Source of the DNA: Deltaproteobacteria bacterium UBA5754
Lineage (GTDB): Bacteria > Desulfobacterota > Dissulfuribacteria > Dissulfuribacterales > UBA5754
DNA: 47,960 nucleotides
Assembly: GCA_002419025.1 (NCBI GenBank)
Contig: DIFG01000087.1
Coordinates: 1-47,960 of the forward strand
Direction of reading: 5' to 3'
Shown in pieces: positions 26,162-35,372 of this stretch. The first letter of the stretch is position 1. Each line of letters begins with the position of its first letter. The position numbers and the translations under genes are program-made. Below the pieces are notes generated by a model, which saw only the letters and a list, made by a program, of their open reading frames with translations, made no database searches and was not told the origin of the DNA.

Positions 26162-27052
26162 TTACAGCTCGAGCCAGGCCTCGGAGAAGATGGTCTTCCC
26201 CATGAGAACACGGGTCGTCTTGTAGTATTCGAGCTCCTTGGGCGTCAGGTCGGAAGGATTTGGCTCGTTTCCGTCCATGATGTCATGAACTACCTTCACG
26301 AGTTCGGGCCTTTCACCATGGGCAAGGCCCATGAGCTCCTCGTCATACGCATCCACGATGGCGGACCAGATCCCGTGTTTCATGAGCATGGCAAGATAGG
26401 CCCGGTTGAGGTAATGACGCTTTTCCGCCGCAACCCCGTTCGAGACATTCGAGAGTCCGACCGTAGATTTGGCCCCTGGTGCGATGTCTTGAAGCATGGC
26501 GAGATACTGAAGACCGCTCAGGACCTGATCCGCGCCGAGGGTGATGGGAGTGGCGATGGGATCGAACAGGATCCTCTCGTTCGGAATCCCCGCCTCGTTC
26601 ATGGCCATGGCCAGATCTACGGTCATGGCAGCCCGTTCGTTGGAGTCCCTCGGCATCCCTTCCACCCCCCAGAGGAGCCCCACGACAAAACAGCCGGCCT
26701 CCGCCGCCACCGGGATGAGCTTCTTCATCCGCTCGGGCTGAAGGGAGATGGAGTTCATGATGTGCCTGGTCGGGTGGGCGGCGGCCCTGATCCCGGCAAT
26801 GAGGGCGTCGGCGTTGGTCGTATCGAGAGAGAGGGGGCAGTCGGTCACCTCCTCCACCTGCCTGACGATCCACGGCATGAGTTCGGGGCCGTCCTTGCGG
26901 GCAGGTCCTATATTCAGGTCGAGAAAATCGGCACCGTTTGCGACCTCCTCGTTGGCCATGAGCTGGATCGGGCCGGGGTCGCGCTCCTTCATGGCCTTCC
27001 CGGTCCTGGCCCCCATGATGTTGATGCTTTCTGCGATGCAGTGGACGTACAT
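26162..27052 (-). CDS. acsE: Methyltetrahydrofolate:corrinoid/iron-sulfur protein methyltransferase
   Basis: Start re-set to the ATG at 27052 (MYVHCIAESINIMG), directly after the acsC stop. Pterin-binding fold motifs FLDLNIGPA and LSLDT. 296 aa. Confidence 0.85.
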   Translation of the reverse strand: MYVHCIAESINIMGARTGKAMKERDPGPIQLMANEEVANGADFLDLNIGPARKDGPELMPWIVRQVEEVTDCPLSLDTTNADALIAGIRAAAHPTRHIMNSISLQPERMKKLIPVAAEAGCFVVGLLWGVEGMPRDSNERAAMTVDLAMAMNEAGIPNERILFDPIATPITLGADQVLSGLQYLAMLQDIAPGAKSTVGLSNVSNGVAAEKRHYLNRAYLAMLMKHGIWSAIVDAYDEELMGLAHGERPELVKVVHDIMDGNEPNPSDLTPKELEYYKTTRVLMGKTIFSEAWLEL

Positions 27053-27053
27053 C

Positions 27054-28406
27054 TTATGCAGGCCTCCATTCCCTGAGATATGCAGGTATATGACTCGCCT
27101 CACGGGGTCCTATCTGGATGTTCCAGCCCGGGAGTTCCTCCTCTAGCTCCCCTTTGATGGAGGCGAGATAACCGGGGATGATGAGGTTTCTGTGTCGGAC
27201 CTTGTTCTCGATCCCGCTCTTCTTGACGAATGAACCTATGAGATCCGCGCTGAACTTGCCTGCGGCCCAGGCCGTGAGCACTGAAAGTCCCTCTGTGTCC
27301 TTGATGAGGAGCCAGGACGGGACCTTGCTCCCCTCCACCTCGCCCGAGACGATGAAATACGTGAGGGAAAAGTTGCAGGTGACAAGGACAGGCGAGTCCT
27401 CCCCCGGGCCGTTGATGGGATAGACGTCCTCCTGAACCACCATGGGACGCTGGGGATCGGTAAAGAGGTTGAGCCGTTCGAGAAGGATCGGGAAGAGGGT
27501 TTCGCCCTGAAGGTCGGAGAGGATCACCGCCCCTGCGTACTTGGCTATATGGACCGAGGTGATGAGGCTCTCGAGCAGGGGATCCTCCGTCATCTCGCAA
27601 GGAAACGTTATGCTCGGAAAGCCGAACGGCTTGTATTTGTGTCTGGTGGCCGCCCGCCGAAAGACGATCTGGTCCTCAAAAGAGCCCCGCAGAGTCCGGG
27701 AGCCCGAATCGAGGACCAGGTCCTTGAGTCCCTCCTTCTGAAGACGTTCGGAAAGGGCGGCCGTTTCCCCCACGGTGTTTCCCTTTACCGCCAGGGGGCA
27801 GCCGGCCTCCTTGGCCAGCGCGGCCATGGCCTCCGCATTCTCAGCGGTGGCCGCATAGAGGAGAGGCTTGTGGTCTCCGCACGCCTTCACCCCGGAGGAA
27901 AGGAAGTCAGGACGTTCACTCATGAGGACCAGAGCCGCATCAGGACACCCGCTCCGCACACGGGTGACAAGGGAGGCAAAGGCCCCTGTATCGCCGCCAG
28001 CGTCCTTGACGGCAATGATATCCGCCTTGAGGGTGAGGCCTACGCGCTCGTAGCGGAGTGAGGCAAACCGGGAAAGGCGTCCAGCGATCTCGTCCTCAGC
28101 CATATCGGTCCGGACGAGGACCCCTATCCCGGTCGGATGCTCGAAACGTTTCTCATGGCGGTAGAGGCAGGTCTCCCCACCCATCTCGAAGAGATGATCC
28201 CCACCTCCGATCTTGACGGTCCGGATGGGCGGGGCCGAGGCCTCCCCCACCTTTTCTTTCACCTCTTCGGATACATACGGACACAACCCGATGTCGGCCT
28301 GCCCGGCCGCCACCTTCATGGCAAAGGCGAGGCACGTGGGTACGCCGCATTCCCCACAGTTGGTCTTGGGGAGCATCTTTAGGATCTGAATACCTGTAAG
28401 CGCCAT
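27054..28406 (-). CDS. acsC: Corrinoid iron-sulfur protein large subunit
   Basis: 450 aa. The N-terminus MALTGIQILKMLPKTNCGECGVPTCLAFAMKVA carries the [4Fe-4S] motif of AcsC/CdhE. Confidence 0.9.
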   Translation of the reverse strand: MALTGIQILKMLPKTNCGECGVPTCLAFAMKVAAGQADIGLCPYVSEEVKEKVGEASAPPIRTVKIGGGDHLFEMGGETCLYRHEKRFEHPTGIGVLVRTDMAEDEIAGRLSRFASLRYERVGLTLKADIIAVKDAGGDTGAFASLVTRVRSGCPDAALVLMSERPDFLSSGVKACGDHKPLLYAATAENAEAMAALAKEAGCPLAVKGNTVGETAALSERLQKEGLKDLVLDSGSRTLRGSFEDQIVFRRAATRHKYKPFGFPSITFPCEMTEDPLLESLITSVHIAKYAGAVILSDLQGETLFPILLERLNLFTDPQRPMVVQEDVYPINGPGEDSPVLVTCNFSLTYFIVSGEVEGSKVPSWLLIKDTEGLSVLTAWAAGKFSADLIGSFVKKSGIENKVRHRNLIIPGYLASIKGELEEELPGWNIQIGPREASHIPAYLREWRPA

Positions 28407-28419
28407 GTCGTCTCCCCTC

Positions 28420-30627
28420 CTACACGACCATTTCCATGGAAAGGGCGGGATGTCCCTTCTCCTGGAGGAATCTCAGGACCTCTTCCTCAGTGGTCCCTAC
28501 GGTCTCGTCCGCGATCATGTCCACAAAATTCGGGATGCCTTCCTCCTCGGCCCTTAAATGGAGTCGGTCGTGAAGCTCGTCCTTGAGCATCTTGGGCATC
28601 CATACCACACGCTTGAGACCGCCTTCGGCCTTCAAAAACTTGCGGCTGCAGATGTAGTGCTTGGAGACCCCGAGAAAACCTGGGGTAACATTTCCGCCTC
28701 CGACCATGCCGGCAAGGGTCGTAAATTTCATCCCGCTCGGTGTCATGCCGAGGTAGTCGCGGTTCACGATCATGAGTCCGTTACAGGTGGGGAGCATGGT
28801 GGCGATACACTCGAAACACCCGCACGCGGTCATGGGGTCCACCATGATGCTGTAGGCGCTCACCCTCTCCACCTTGCCGCGCGAGGCCTTCTTAACGTAT
28901 TCATTGACCCCGGTCCACTGCCCGAGGTTGGGGTCGATGCACTCCCTTTTTTCTATGGGCTGGTTCGGACCGGTAGGATTGATCTCGTATGAGGCCTTGC
29001 CGTCGAGCCAGTTGTATGCGCCGCACATCCCGACCCGCTCCGGGGTGATGACGCAGACGTGACTCGGTGCAAAGGACTGGCAGAGGGTGCACGAGTAGAA
29101 GATCTCTTCCGTCTCGTCGGTCATGGATCCAAGACGCTCGTCACGTGCGGCATAGACCTGGCGCGCGAGCTCCATAACCTCCTTGACCTTTTCTTCCTCC
29201 GTATAGATCTTCACCTGGACCTTGTCCACGATGGCCCCGAACTCCTGATGGAGCTTCCCGTGAAGGATACGACCGATGTGTTCGAACTTAAAACCCTTCT
29301 CAATGGCCTGTTTCCCCACCCTGAGCCACATGATGTTCCGCTGGCCGATGTGCATGATCCCCTGGGCGTAGTTTATCAGATGGTGAAACTGGCGTTCGAG
29401 AATGGGTTCAAAGTCAGATTGCATGGCGCGGCCCGCCACCTCCGCCAGGATAGCAAGCGGGAGCTTGGCCCCGGGCTGGACATCGGTCATCTCCGGGCCT
29501 TCAACCGTGACAAGTCCGTCCTGGACCTCATCGAGATCCTTTGAGACGAGGAGCTCAACACCAAGGGTCCTTCCGCCGCCGCACTCCAGATAGAGGTCGT
29601 CCTTTCTGACCCGCTCCCCCTCAAAGGCAGGGCCGTAGGCCACGGGGATGTCGATCTTGGTGACCGAGACCTTGAGGCCTCTCACCTCGATCGCTTTCTG
29701 GACGATCTCATTGTGCGGAACCTTGCTCACCACGTGTTCGTAAGTGCAGATCCCCGTGGGCAGGATCTGGGGGATGTCCCAGTCGGAGATGGTTGGGAAG
29801 CCCCAGTTAATGGCACCTGCGGCATTGGCATACCATTCATCTGAGACGGGCCCGAAGGCCATGACGAATGCGAAGGTGCGGTCCTTGTTGTAGATGAGGT
29901 TTCCCTTGTAGTCCCCAGGCTTGACGCCGCCGAAGGCAAGGGCCACCCTGCAGGCGAAACCGATGGCAAAGACCACCGAGGTATAGGTGGGGCCAAAGGG
30001 AACAAGCCGCGTGGACCAGCCGATCTGGACGTTTTCCTTCCGGAGCTGGTCGGGCATGCTGATCCCGTCCGTCTGGTCGTGCATGAAGATGTAGAGGTTC
30101 TTCTCCTGAAGCTCGAGGGCGATCTTGGATGCCACCGCCGGGTCCGCAGGGGTCCCGAGGATGGCGGCAAAGCCGGGCGCGGTCCCATCCACAAACTCGA
30201 CGCCCCGCTTGCGGAATATGATGTCGTCTGCGGCCCCCAGCCAGAAACGGTCTCCGCCCGGCGGATCCTCGGTCTTGGTGTAAAAGTCCGGGTCCTCGAT
30301 GTAACGGATCGCCTCTGACATTTCTTCGGCAAAGAAGGTGGCCATGCCCGCGTCGAGGGCCGGTGCGAGGTAGGGAAGCCAGTTGGCCTGACTCACGAGA
30401 GGAGGAAGGAGCTTTCGACATTCCGCAAAGATATCCTTCATGTCGCCGAGCTGCTTCACCGGCGCACCGAGCATGCTGTAGATGATCGGTAGATAATAGG
30501 CCGTATTGGGGAAGGCCACCTCGTGTTCCGGCCCGTACTTCTTGAGGGCCTCCTGGTATCTCTCCTCGGCCATATCGACAATCTTGTGAGCGCCCCGGAT
30601 GGCCGCCGAACAGATGATCTTGGACAT
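28420..30627 (-). CDS. acsB: Acetyl-CoA synthase (A-cluster subunit of CODH/ACS)
   Basis: 735 aa. N-terminus IRGAHKIVDMAEERYQEALKKYGPEHEVAFPNTAYYLPIIY. Cys motifs CQSFAPSHVCVITPERVGMCG and ACGCFECI. Confidence 0.9.
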   Translation of the reverse strand: MSKIICSAAIRGAHKIVDMAEERYQEALKKYGPEHEVAFPNTAYYLPIIYSMLGAPVKQLGDMKDIFAECRKLLPPLVSQANWLPYLAPALDAGMATFFAEEMSEAIRYIEDPDFYTKTEDPPGGDRFWLGAADDIIFRKRGVEFVDGTAPGFAAILGTPADPAVASKIALELQEKNLYIFMHDQTDGISMPDQLRKENVQIGWSTRLVPFGPTYTSVVFAIGFACRVALAFGGVKPGDYKGNLIYNKDRTFAFVMAFGPVSDEWYANAAGAINWGFPTISDWDIPQILPTGICTYEHVVSKVPHNEIVQKAIEVRGLKVSVTKIDIPVAYGPAFEGERVRKDDLYLECGGGRTLGVELLVSKDLDEVQDGLVTVEGPEMTDVQPGAKLPLAILAEVAGRAMQSDFEPILERQFHHLINYAQGIMHIGQRNIMWLRVGKQAIEKGFKFEHIGRILHGKLHQEFGAIVDKVQVKIYTEEEKVKEVMELARQVYAARDERLGSMTDETEEIFYSCTLCQSFAPSHVCVITPERVGMCGAYNWLDGKASYEINPTGPNQPIEKRECIDPNLGQWTGVNEYVKKASRGKVERVSAYSIMVDPMTACGCFECIATMLPTCNGLMIVNRDYLGMTPSGMKFTTLAGMVGGGNVTPGFLGVSKHYICSRKFLKAEGGLKRVVWMPKMLKDELHDRLHLRAEEEGIPNFVDMIADETVGTTEEEVLRFLQEKGHPALSMEMVV

Positions 30628-30647
30628 TATCGTTCCTCCGTGACTCG

Positions 30648-33600
30648 TTACATAAAAGACTTGATGAGGGTTTCGGTAAGAGAGACCGCAGTCGGGTGCC
30701 GCATGATAAGAAGCTCGCCTCCTGCAAGAAGGAGGGTCGCTGCAGTCACCGCCTCCATGAGGATGCCCCTTTTCTCCTGATCTCCCATGACATCGTCGCT
30801 CGGGAGCTTACACTCCTTGGCCTTCCAGACCTCACGGCCGAGGTTGCAGACAAAGGGGACCTGAAGCTTGTCGTCCTGCTGGGTAAGGGCCGCGAGCCGA
30901 ATCCTCTCCATGACCGAATACGTGTACTCAAGGCCGTACCCCACGGCCCCTATGGACGGATCCATGAGGATGTTCTCCAGGGGTAGGCCCAGGTTCTGAA
31001 GGAGGATGTTGAGCTGTTTTGCGAGGTTGACGTCAATGGGGGTCGCGGCCACGACCGGAAGCTGAAGCGCCATGGCGGTCGCTCCCAGGTTGCGGAAGTT
31101 GGCGTCAGTGAGCGGGGAGAGACAGACCTTGCGGCTGCCGATGAGGCTCGTGATCTCGCGCAGGGTCTCCGTGTCCTTTTCTGCGTTTCCGCAGCCCCAG
31201 AGGACTACAGGGACATCGATGGCGTCGAGCACCGACTTTGCGGCCTTGGCCCCTTCCCCGGCAGAGAGGTTTCTGCCGTTGGGATCCGTACTCACAAGGG
31301 AGAGGCAGATCGCCTTTGCGCCGTATTCGTTCACGCATTTCCTGGCCCAGGCAGCGGGATCTGCAAGGACGTCGGAATAATGACGCGTGAGGACCTCCGG
31401 CCAGTCCTCCGGCGGTGAATCCAGGACCTCGAATGCGATGCGGGGGGGGAAAGGCATCTCCCCTTCGAAGAGATGGAACGGGAGGGCCGATTCACCACCC
31501 ACGGTGATGGCGGATGGCCCATCGCCGATTCTCACGGCCCGGATGGCACCGCTTGCGGGATCGAGATAAAGCCCCTTGTCCACCCCTTCTGCCCGTTCCG
31601 CAAGGGAGGTAGACTCCCGGGGAAGTTCGCCTACCGCAAGGGGCACCCCGACGGGAGACGGTGAAGGAGGTGCGGGTTTCGGCTCGGGCGGAGCCGGCTT
31701 CGCCGCCATGGCTTCGGGTTTCGGGGCGGAGGGCTGGGAGGGGGGCGGCTCACTGACAGGGAGAGGCTCCGGTCTTGCCTCAGAAGGCGCAGGAGGCGGA
31801 GCTGCCCCGGATTCCACGGCCGCAAGCCCCTTTTTCGCCTTGGCGTTTTCGGGTTCGATCCGAAGGGCCTCTTCAAAAGAGGCGCGCGCGCCCTCCATGT
31901 CTCCCTTTTGAAGGGCCACATTTCCCCTTGCCACGAGGCGGATCACCCATTTTCTTTGCCACTCCTCGGGAGTAAGCTCGGGCGGACAGGGTGGGATACC
32001 CCCTCCTGCGGTAGGTACGGCCTGCGGAGCGGCGGGAAGAAGACCCTTTGCCCTTGCAAGCCCGTCTCTCGCCTTCTGGTTCCCTGGATCCAGGGCAAGG
32101 GCGGCATCAAAGGCCTCCATGGCCTCCTGCGCAGCCCTCTTCTGGAGAGACACATTCCCCTTGGCAATGAGCCGTGTCACCTGTTTCCTGCGCTCTTGAT
32201 CCTCCGGAGAGACCTCCGGAGGGGCAGGGGCGGCCGCCTCTGCTTGGGCCGGGGCCATTTCCGGGAGAGGTGACTCCATCGGCCTTGAAATGGGTGTCGG
32301 CACGGCCCGTGACTCAGGAAAGACCTCGGCATGTATCGTGAGCTCCGCCTCGATGAAGTGCCTGATGGCGGAAAACTGATCTTCGGAGAGACCGAGACCC
32401 TTTCTCAGGGCATCAAGTCCGGCACTGATGGACTTCAGGACCCGCCTTTCCCTCGGGGTGAGGGTCTCACCGGCGCCTTCCGGTCCCAGCGACGGGGTAA
32501 TGGACGGTTGCACGCTTACGGTCGTCATAGGCCTTTCCAGCAACTCCTGCCTGGTTTTTAAAAGCTCTTCCTTCATGCGCCCAAGTTCCGCCTCCCTGGA
32601 CCGCACATCCTCCCTGGCCGCGGCGAGGTCCTTTCTAAGGCCTGTGAGCTCGGATTGAACGCGCTCCTTTTCCCGGGCGACGAGGTCACGGGAGGCCTGG
32701 GCCTCTGCCTTAGCGCGGTCGATTTCATGGGCGAGGGCGTCCTCGACCTCTTTTTTCGCCGTGGCCACGGCCTCCTCGATGGTTGCCTCGCTCACAAGGA
32801 CGGGCACAACATTCTGATAAGCCGGCCTCGGAAGAAGCCCGGCCCGCGAGGCGATCTCGGCGACTGCCTGTTCCCACTCAATGGCCATGATGTGGACCCC
32901 TGCGACTCCGGGGATCTCGCGCACCTGGCGAATGATGTCCACGGCAATCTCGATCCCCTCCTCCCGCTGGTCCTTGGCGTCCCTGAGCCTGGAGAGGATC
33001 CCGTCGGGGACGTCGAGCCCGGGGACGTTGTATTTCATGTACCGAGCCATCCCGAGGGATTTGGGAGGGGTGACGCCGGCAAGGATGAAGGCCTTTTCAT
33101 GGAGTCCGAGATCGCGCACCATCTCCATGAACCGGGCGAACTTCTCGACGTTGTAGATGATCTGGGTCTGGATGAAATCCGCACCAGCCGCGACCTTCTT
33201 CCCGAGCCGTATGGGCCGGTACTCAAAGGGATCCGCAAAGGGATTCGCAGCAGCCCCGAGGAAGAAGCGGGGCTCCGCCTCCTTGATGGCCTCTCCGCAC
33301 TGAAACCTCTTTTCGTCCCTCATGGCCCGGACCATCCCGAGCATCTGGATGGAGTCCATGTCGAAGACGCCCTTGGACTGGGGGTGATTCCCGAATTTCT
33401 GATGATCTCCGGTGATGCAGAGGAGGTTTTTCAGGCCAAGGGCAGAGGCCCCGAGGAGATCGGACTGCATGCCGATCCTGTTCCGGTCCCGACAGGTCAT
33501 CTGCATGACAGGCTCGACCCCCTCTGAAAGGGCGATCAGACCGGCGGTGAGGCTCGACATCCGCACGATCGCAGTCTGGCAATCGGTGATGTTGGCCGCA

Positions 33601-33734
33601 TCCACCACCCCCTTGAGGAGCCTGGCCTTCTCCCTCACGACCTCGGGATTTCCGTTCTTCGGCGGGCCGAGCTCGCCCGTCACGGCGAAAGCCCCTGATC
33701 TCAGGACGTGTTCCAGATTGCTTGCGGCTTTCAC
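30648..33734 (-). CDS. metF-acsD: Fusion protein: methylenetetrahydrofolate reductase (MetF) + ~410-aa coiled-coil/TPR/Pro-rich linker + corrinoid Fe-S protein small subunit (AcsD)
   Basis: One open frame of 1028 codons. It runs from the GTG at 33734 (GTGA overlap with the metV stop, GGAGGAGGGAGGA upstream) to the TAA at 30648. MetF motifs: AVTGELGPPK, CITGDH, FIQTQIIYN. AcsD motifs: ITVGGESALPFHLFEGEMP, IDVNLAKQLNILL, MDPSIGAVGYGLEYTYSVMERIRLAAL, LLIMRHP. The first 129 codons of the track ORF (33735-34121) overlap metV and are discarded. Confidence 0.75.
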   Translation of the reverse strand: MKAASNLEHVLRSGAFAVTGELGPPKNGNPEVVREKARLLKGVVDAANITDCQTAIVRMSSLTAGLIALSEGVEPVMQMTCRDRNRIGMQSDLLGASALGLKNLLCITGDHQKFGNHPQSKGVFDMDSIQMLGMVRAMRDEKRFQCGEAIKEAEPRFFLGAAANPFADPFEYRPIRLGKKVAAGADFIQTQIIYNVEKFARFMEMVRDLGLHEKAFILAGVTPPKSLGMARYMKYNVPGLDVPDGILSRLRDAKDQREEGIEIAVDIIRQVREIPGVAGVHIMAIEWEQAVAEIASRAGLLPRPAYQNVVPVLVSEATIEEAVATAKKEVEDALAHEIDRAKAEAQASRDLVAREKERVQSELTGLRKDLAAAREDVRSREAELGRMKEELLKTRQELLERPMTTVSVQPSITPSLGPEGAGETLTPRERRVLKSISAGLDALRKGLGLSEDQFSAIRHFIEAELTIHAEVFPESRAVPTPISRPMESPLPEMAPAQAEAAAPAPPEVSPEDQERRKQVTRLIAKGNVSLQKRAAQEAMEAFDAALALDPGNQKARDGLARAKGLLPAAPQAVPTAGGGIPPCPPELTPEEWQRKWVIRLVARGNVALQKGDMEGARASFEEALRIEPENAKAKKGLAAVESGAAPPPAPSEARPEPLPVSEPPPSQPSAPKPEAMAAKPAPPEPKPAPPSPSPVGVPLAVGELPRESTSLAERAEGVDKGLYLDPASGAIRAVRIGDGPSAITVGGESALPFHLFEGEMPFPPRIAFEVLDSPPEDWPEVLTRHYSDVLADPAAWARKCVNEYGAKAICLSLVSTDPNGRNLSAGEGAKAAKSVLDAIDVPVVLWGCGNAEKDTETLREITSLIGSRKVCLSPLTDANFRNLGATAMALQLPVVAATPIDVNLAKQLNILLQNLGLPLENILMDPSIGAVGYGLEYTYSVMERIRLAALTQQDDKLQVPFVCNLGREVWKAKECKLPSDDVMGDQEKRGILMEAVTAATLLLAGGELLIMRHPTAVSLTETLIKSFM

Positions 33735-34399
33735 GGCAGCAGGTCCTCCCTCCTCCGGTTGCGGGGACCGCCGTGTCCTGCGGTCCTCCAGTCCCGAATG
33801 GGCATGATCTCCTTCATGTCCTCGGATCGCTTGAGTTCGGAAAGTTTGTCGTAAATGAGGTTCCAGACGCAGGAGACATTGGGATCGATCTCGCAGCGAC
33901 CGCCGACCGACCCTCCGCAGGGGCCGTTTGAAAGACTCTTGGCGCATCTTGCTACAGGACAGAGCCCACCCGTGAGGTGGAGGACGCAGGCCCCACAGCC
34001 CGCGCACATCTCCTTCCATTCCCCGCTCGAGAGATTGGCCCCAAAGAAAGATGTATTGACAGCCGGAAGGACGTTCACCCCCGGGCATCGGTCCGCGATG
34101 AAGTTGACCCCCACACCGCATGCCATGGAAAGGACGGCATCGTACTCGCGCCCGAGTGTCTTGATGGGTTCGAGGTATTCGGGGTCACACTGACGAACGA
34201 GGGTATCCTTATCGATATGGATCGCCTTCCCCTGTCTCTTTCTTCCAAGTTTCAGGGCCGAGGCAAGGACGTCCACCTCCGCGTCCCCGCCCGCTGAACA
34301 GACTGCGACACACCCACGGCACCCGAGAACAAGGACCTTCTCCATGCCGGAGATCATCTCGAGGATCTCACGCAGGGGTTTTCGTTCTGCGATGATCAT
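33731..34399 (-). CDS. metV: MetV (MTHFR small, Cys-rich subunit)
   Basis: 222 aa. Cys motifs LGCRGCVAVC, CAGCGACV and CPVARCAKSLSNGPCGG. Located immediately upstream of metF. Confidence 0.8.
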   Translation of the reverse strand: MIIAERKPLREILEMISGMEKVLVLGCRGCVAVCSAGGDAEVDVLASALKLGRKRQGKAIHIDKDTLVRQCDPEYLEPIKTLGREYDAVLSMACGVGVNFIADRCPGVNVLPAVNTSFFGANLSSGEWKEMCAGCGACVLHLTGGLCPVARCAKSLSNGPCGGSVGGRCEIDPNVSCVWNLIYDKLSELKRSEDMKEIMPIRDWRTAGHGGPRNRRREDLLP

Positions 34400-34806
34400 C
34401 TTTCGCTCCTTTGCCCCTTTTTGCCCCCCGCAACCCGTGAGGCCATCTCCCGGGCCGCGCTGACAAGGGGTCCGGTCTCTGCGCGAGGGACGAAAAACAT
34501 CTCGACCAACCCCGGATCCATGTCCAGCTCTGCAAGGATCCCCTTGGCGACACCGACCTTTTTGTGCGCCCGGTGGCTGCCGGAGAGGTTGTGGCAGGTC
34601 CCCTCCTCACAGCCGGCCACAAAGACCGCGTCCGCCCCTGCCTCAAGGGCATCGAGAAGGGTGGTCACCTCAAGCCGGCCGGTGCACGGAAGCCTCTCGA
34701 TCCTGACCCCATCTGGCATGAGACCCGCCTCGCGCAAGACCTCCTCAGAGACCCTGCCTGCATAGTTGCAGCAGAAACCGACTATGTTCGAATGTCCTTC
34801 CGTCAT
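34396..34806 (-). CDS. mvhD: MvhD-like [2Fe-2S] protein (Cys version)
   Basis: 136 aa. Motifs IVGFCCNYAG, ERLPCTGRLE and GADAVFVAGCEEGTCHNLSGSHRA. Confidence 0.85.
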   Translation of the reverse strand: MTEGHSNIVGFCCNYAGRVSEEVLREAGLMPDGVRIERLPCTGRLEVTTLLDALEAGADAVFVAGCEEGTCHNLSGSHRAHKKVGVAKGILAELDMDPGLVEMFFVPRAETGPLVSAAREMASRVAGGKKGQRSER

Positions 34807-34807
34807 C

Positions 34808-35365
34808 TCAGGATCCTTTCCTCATGCCCTGTTCCTCGAGGGAGGGAAGAAGGGTGATCGCCTCTGCGGGGCACGCTGTCACGCAGATACCGCAGGCCCG
34901 ACAGAGCCCCGGATCTATGACGGCATATCCTCCGGACTCGATCCTCGGCGCCGCAAACGGACAGAGGCGCACACAGGTGAGGCATGCAACGCATTTTCCC
35001 GCGTCCACCCTGGCAAAAAGCCCGAGTGAGTACCTTCGCTCCTCATCCACGAATCCCTTTTCCGCCGCCTCATCGCGAAGGGCCTTGATCACGTCGCTGC
35101 ACCGTACCCCCTGGGGACACACCGGGACACAGCTCTGACACTGGGAACAGGCCCAGATGGTGTCCGATTTGAGAAGCATCTCCTCAAGACCGAGGGCGAC
35201 CATGTGGACTATCTTTCTCGGATCGAAGTCCGAAACGACCTTTTCCACAGGGCATACTGAGCTGCACGAGCCGCAGGCATAACACTGGGCAAGGGTCGAG
35301 CACCCCGCGTGGACCGCAATGGACGCACCGAAATCGGCGTTTGCGCTTGAGATGTGAATGGTCAT
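34808..35365 (-). CDS. HdrC-like polyferredoxin (four 4Fe-4S motifs)
   Basis: Start re-set to the ATG at 35365 (MTIHISS). Motifs CYACGSCSSVCP, CSQCQSCVPVCP, CVACLTCVRLCP and CRACGICVTACP. 185 aa. No CCG (HdrB-type) motif. Confidence 0.75.
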   Translation of the reverse strand: MTIHISSANADFGASIAVHAGCSTLAQCYACGSCSSVCPVEKVVSDFDPRKIVHMVALGLEEMLLKSDTIWACSQCQSCVPVCPQGVRCSDVIKALRDEAAEKGFVDEERRYSLGLFARVDAGKCVACLTCVRLCPFAAPRIESGGYAVIDPGLCRACGICVTACPAEAITLLPSLEEQGMRKGS

Positions 35366-35372
35366 CGCCGTC

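Noticed and set aside
33735-34121. N-terminal 129 codons of the 1157-aa track ORF (MRCGGQLHRGPMPGG...)
   Set aside because: This stretch overlaps metV in another frame, is Arg/Gly/Pro-rich with no domain character, and the MetF homology begins exactly at the GTG at 33734, which has a strong RBS. It is treated as a spurious upstream extension.
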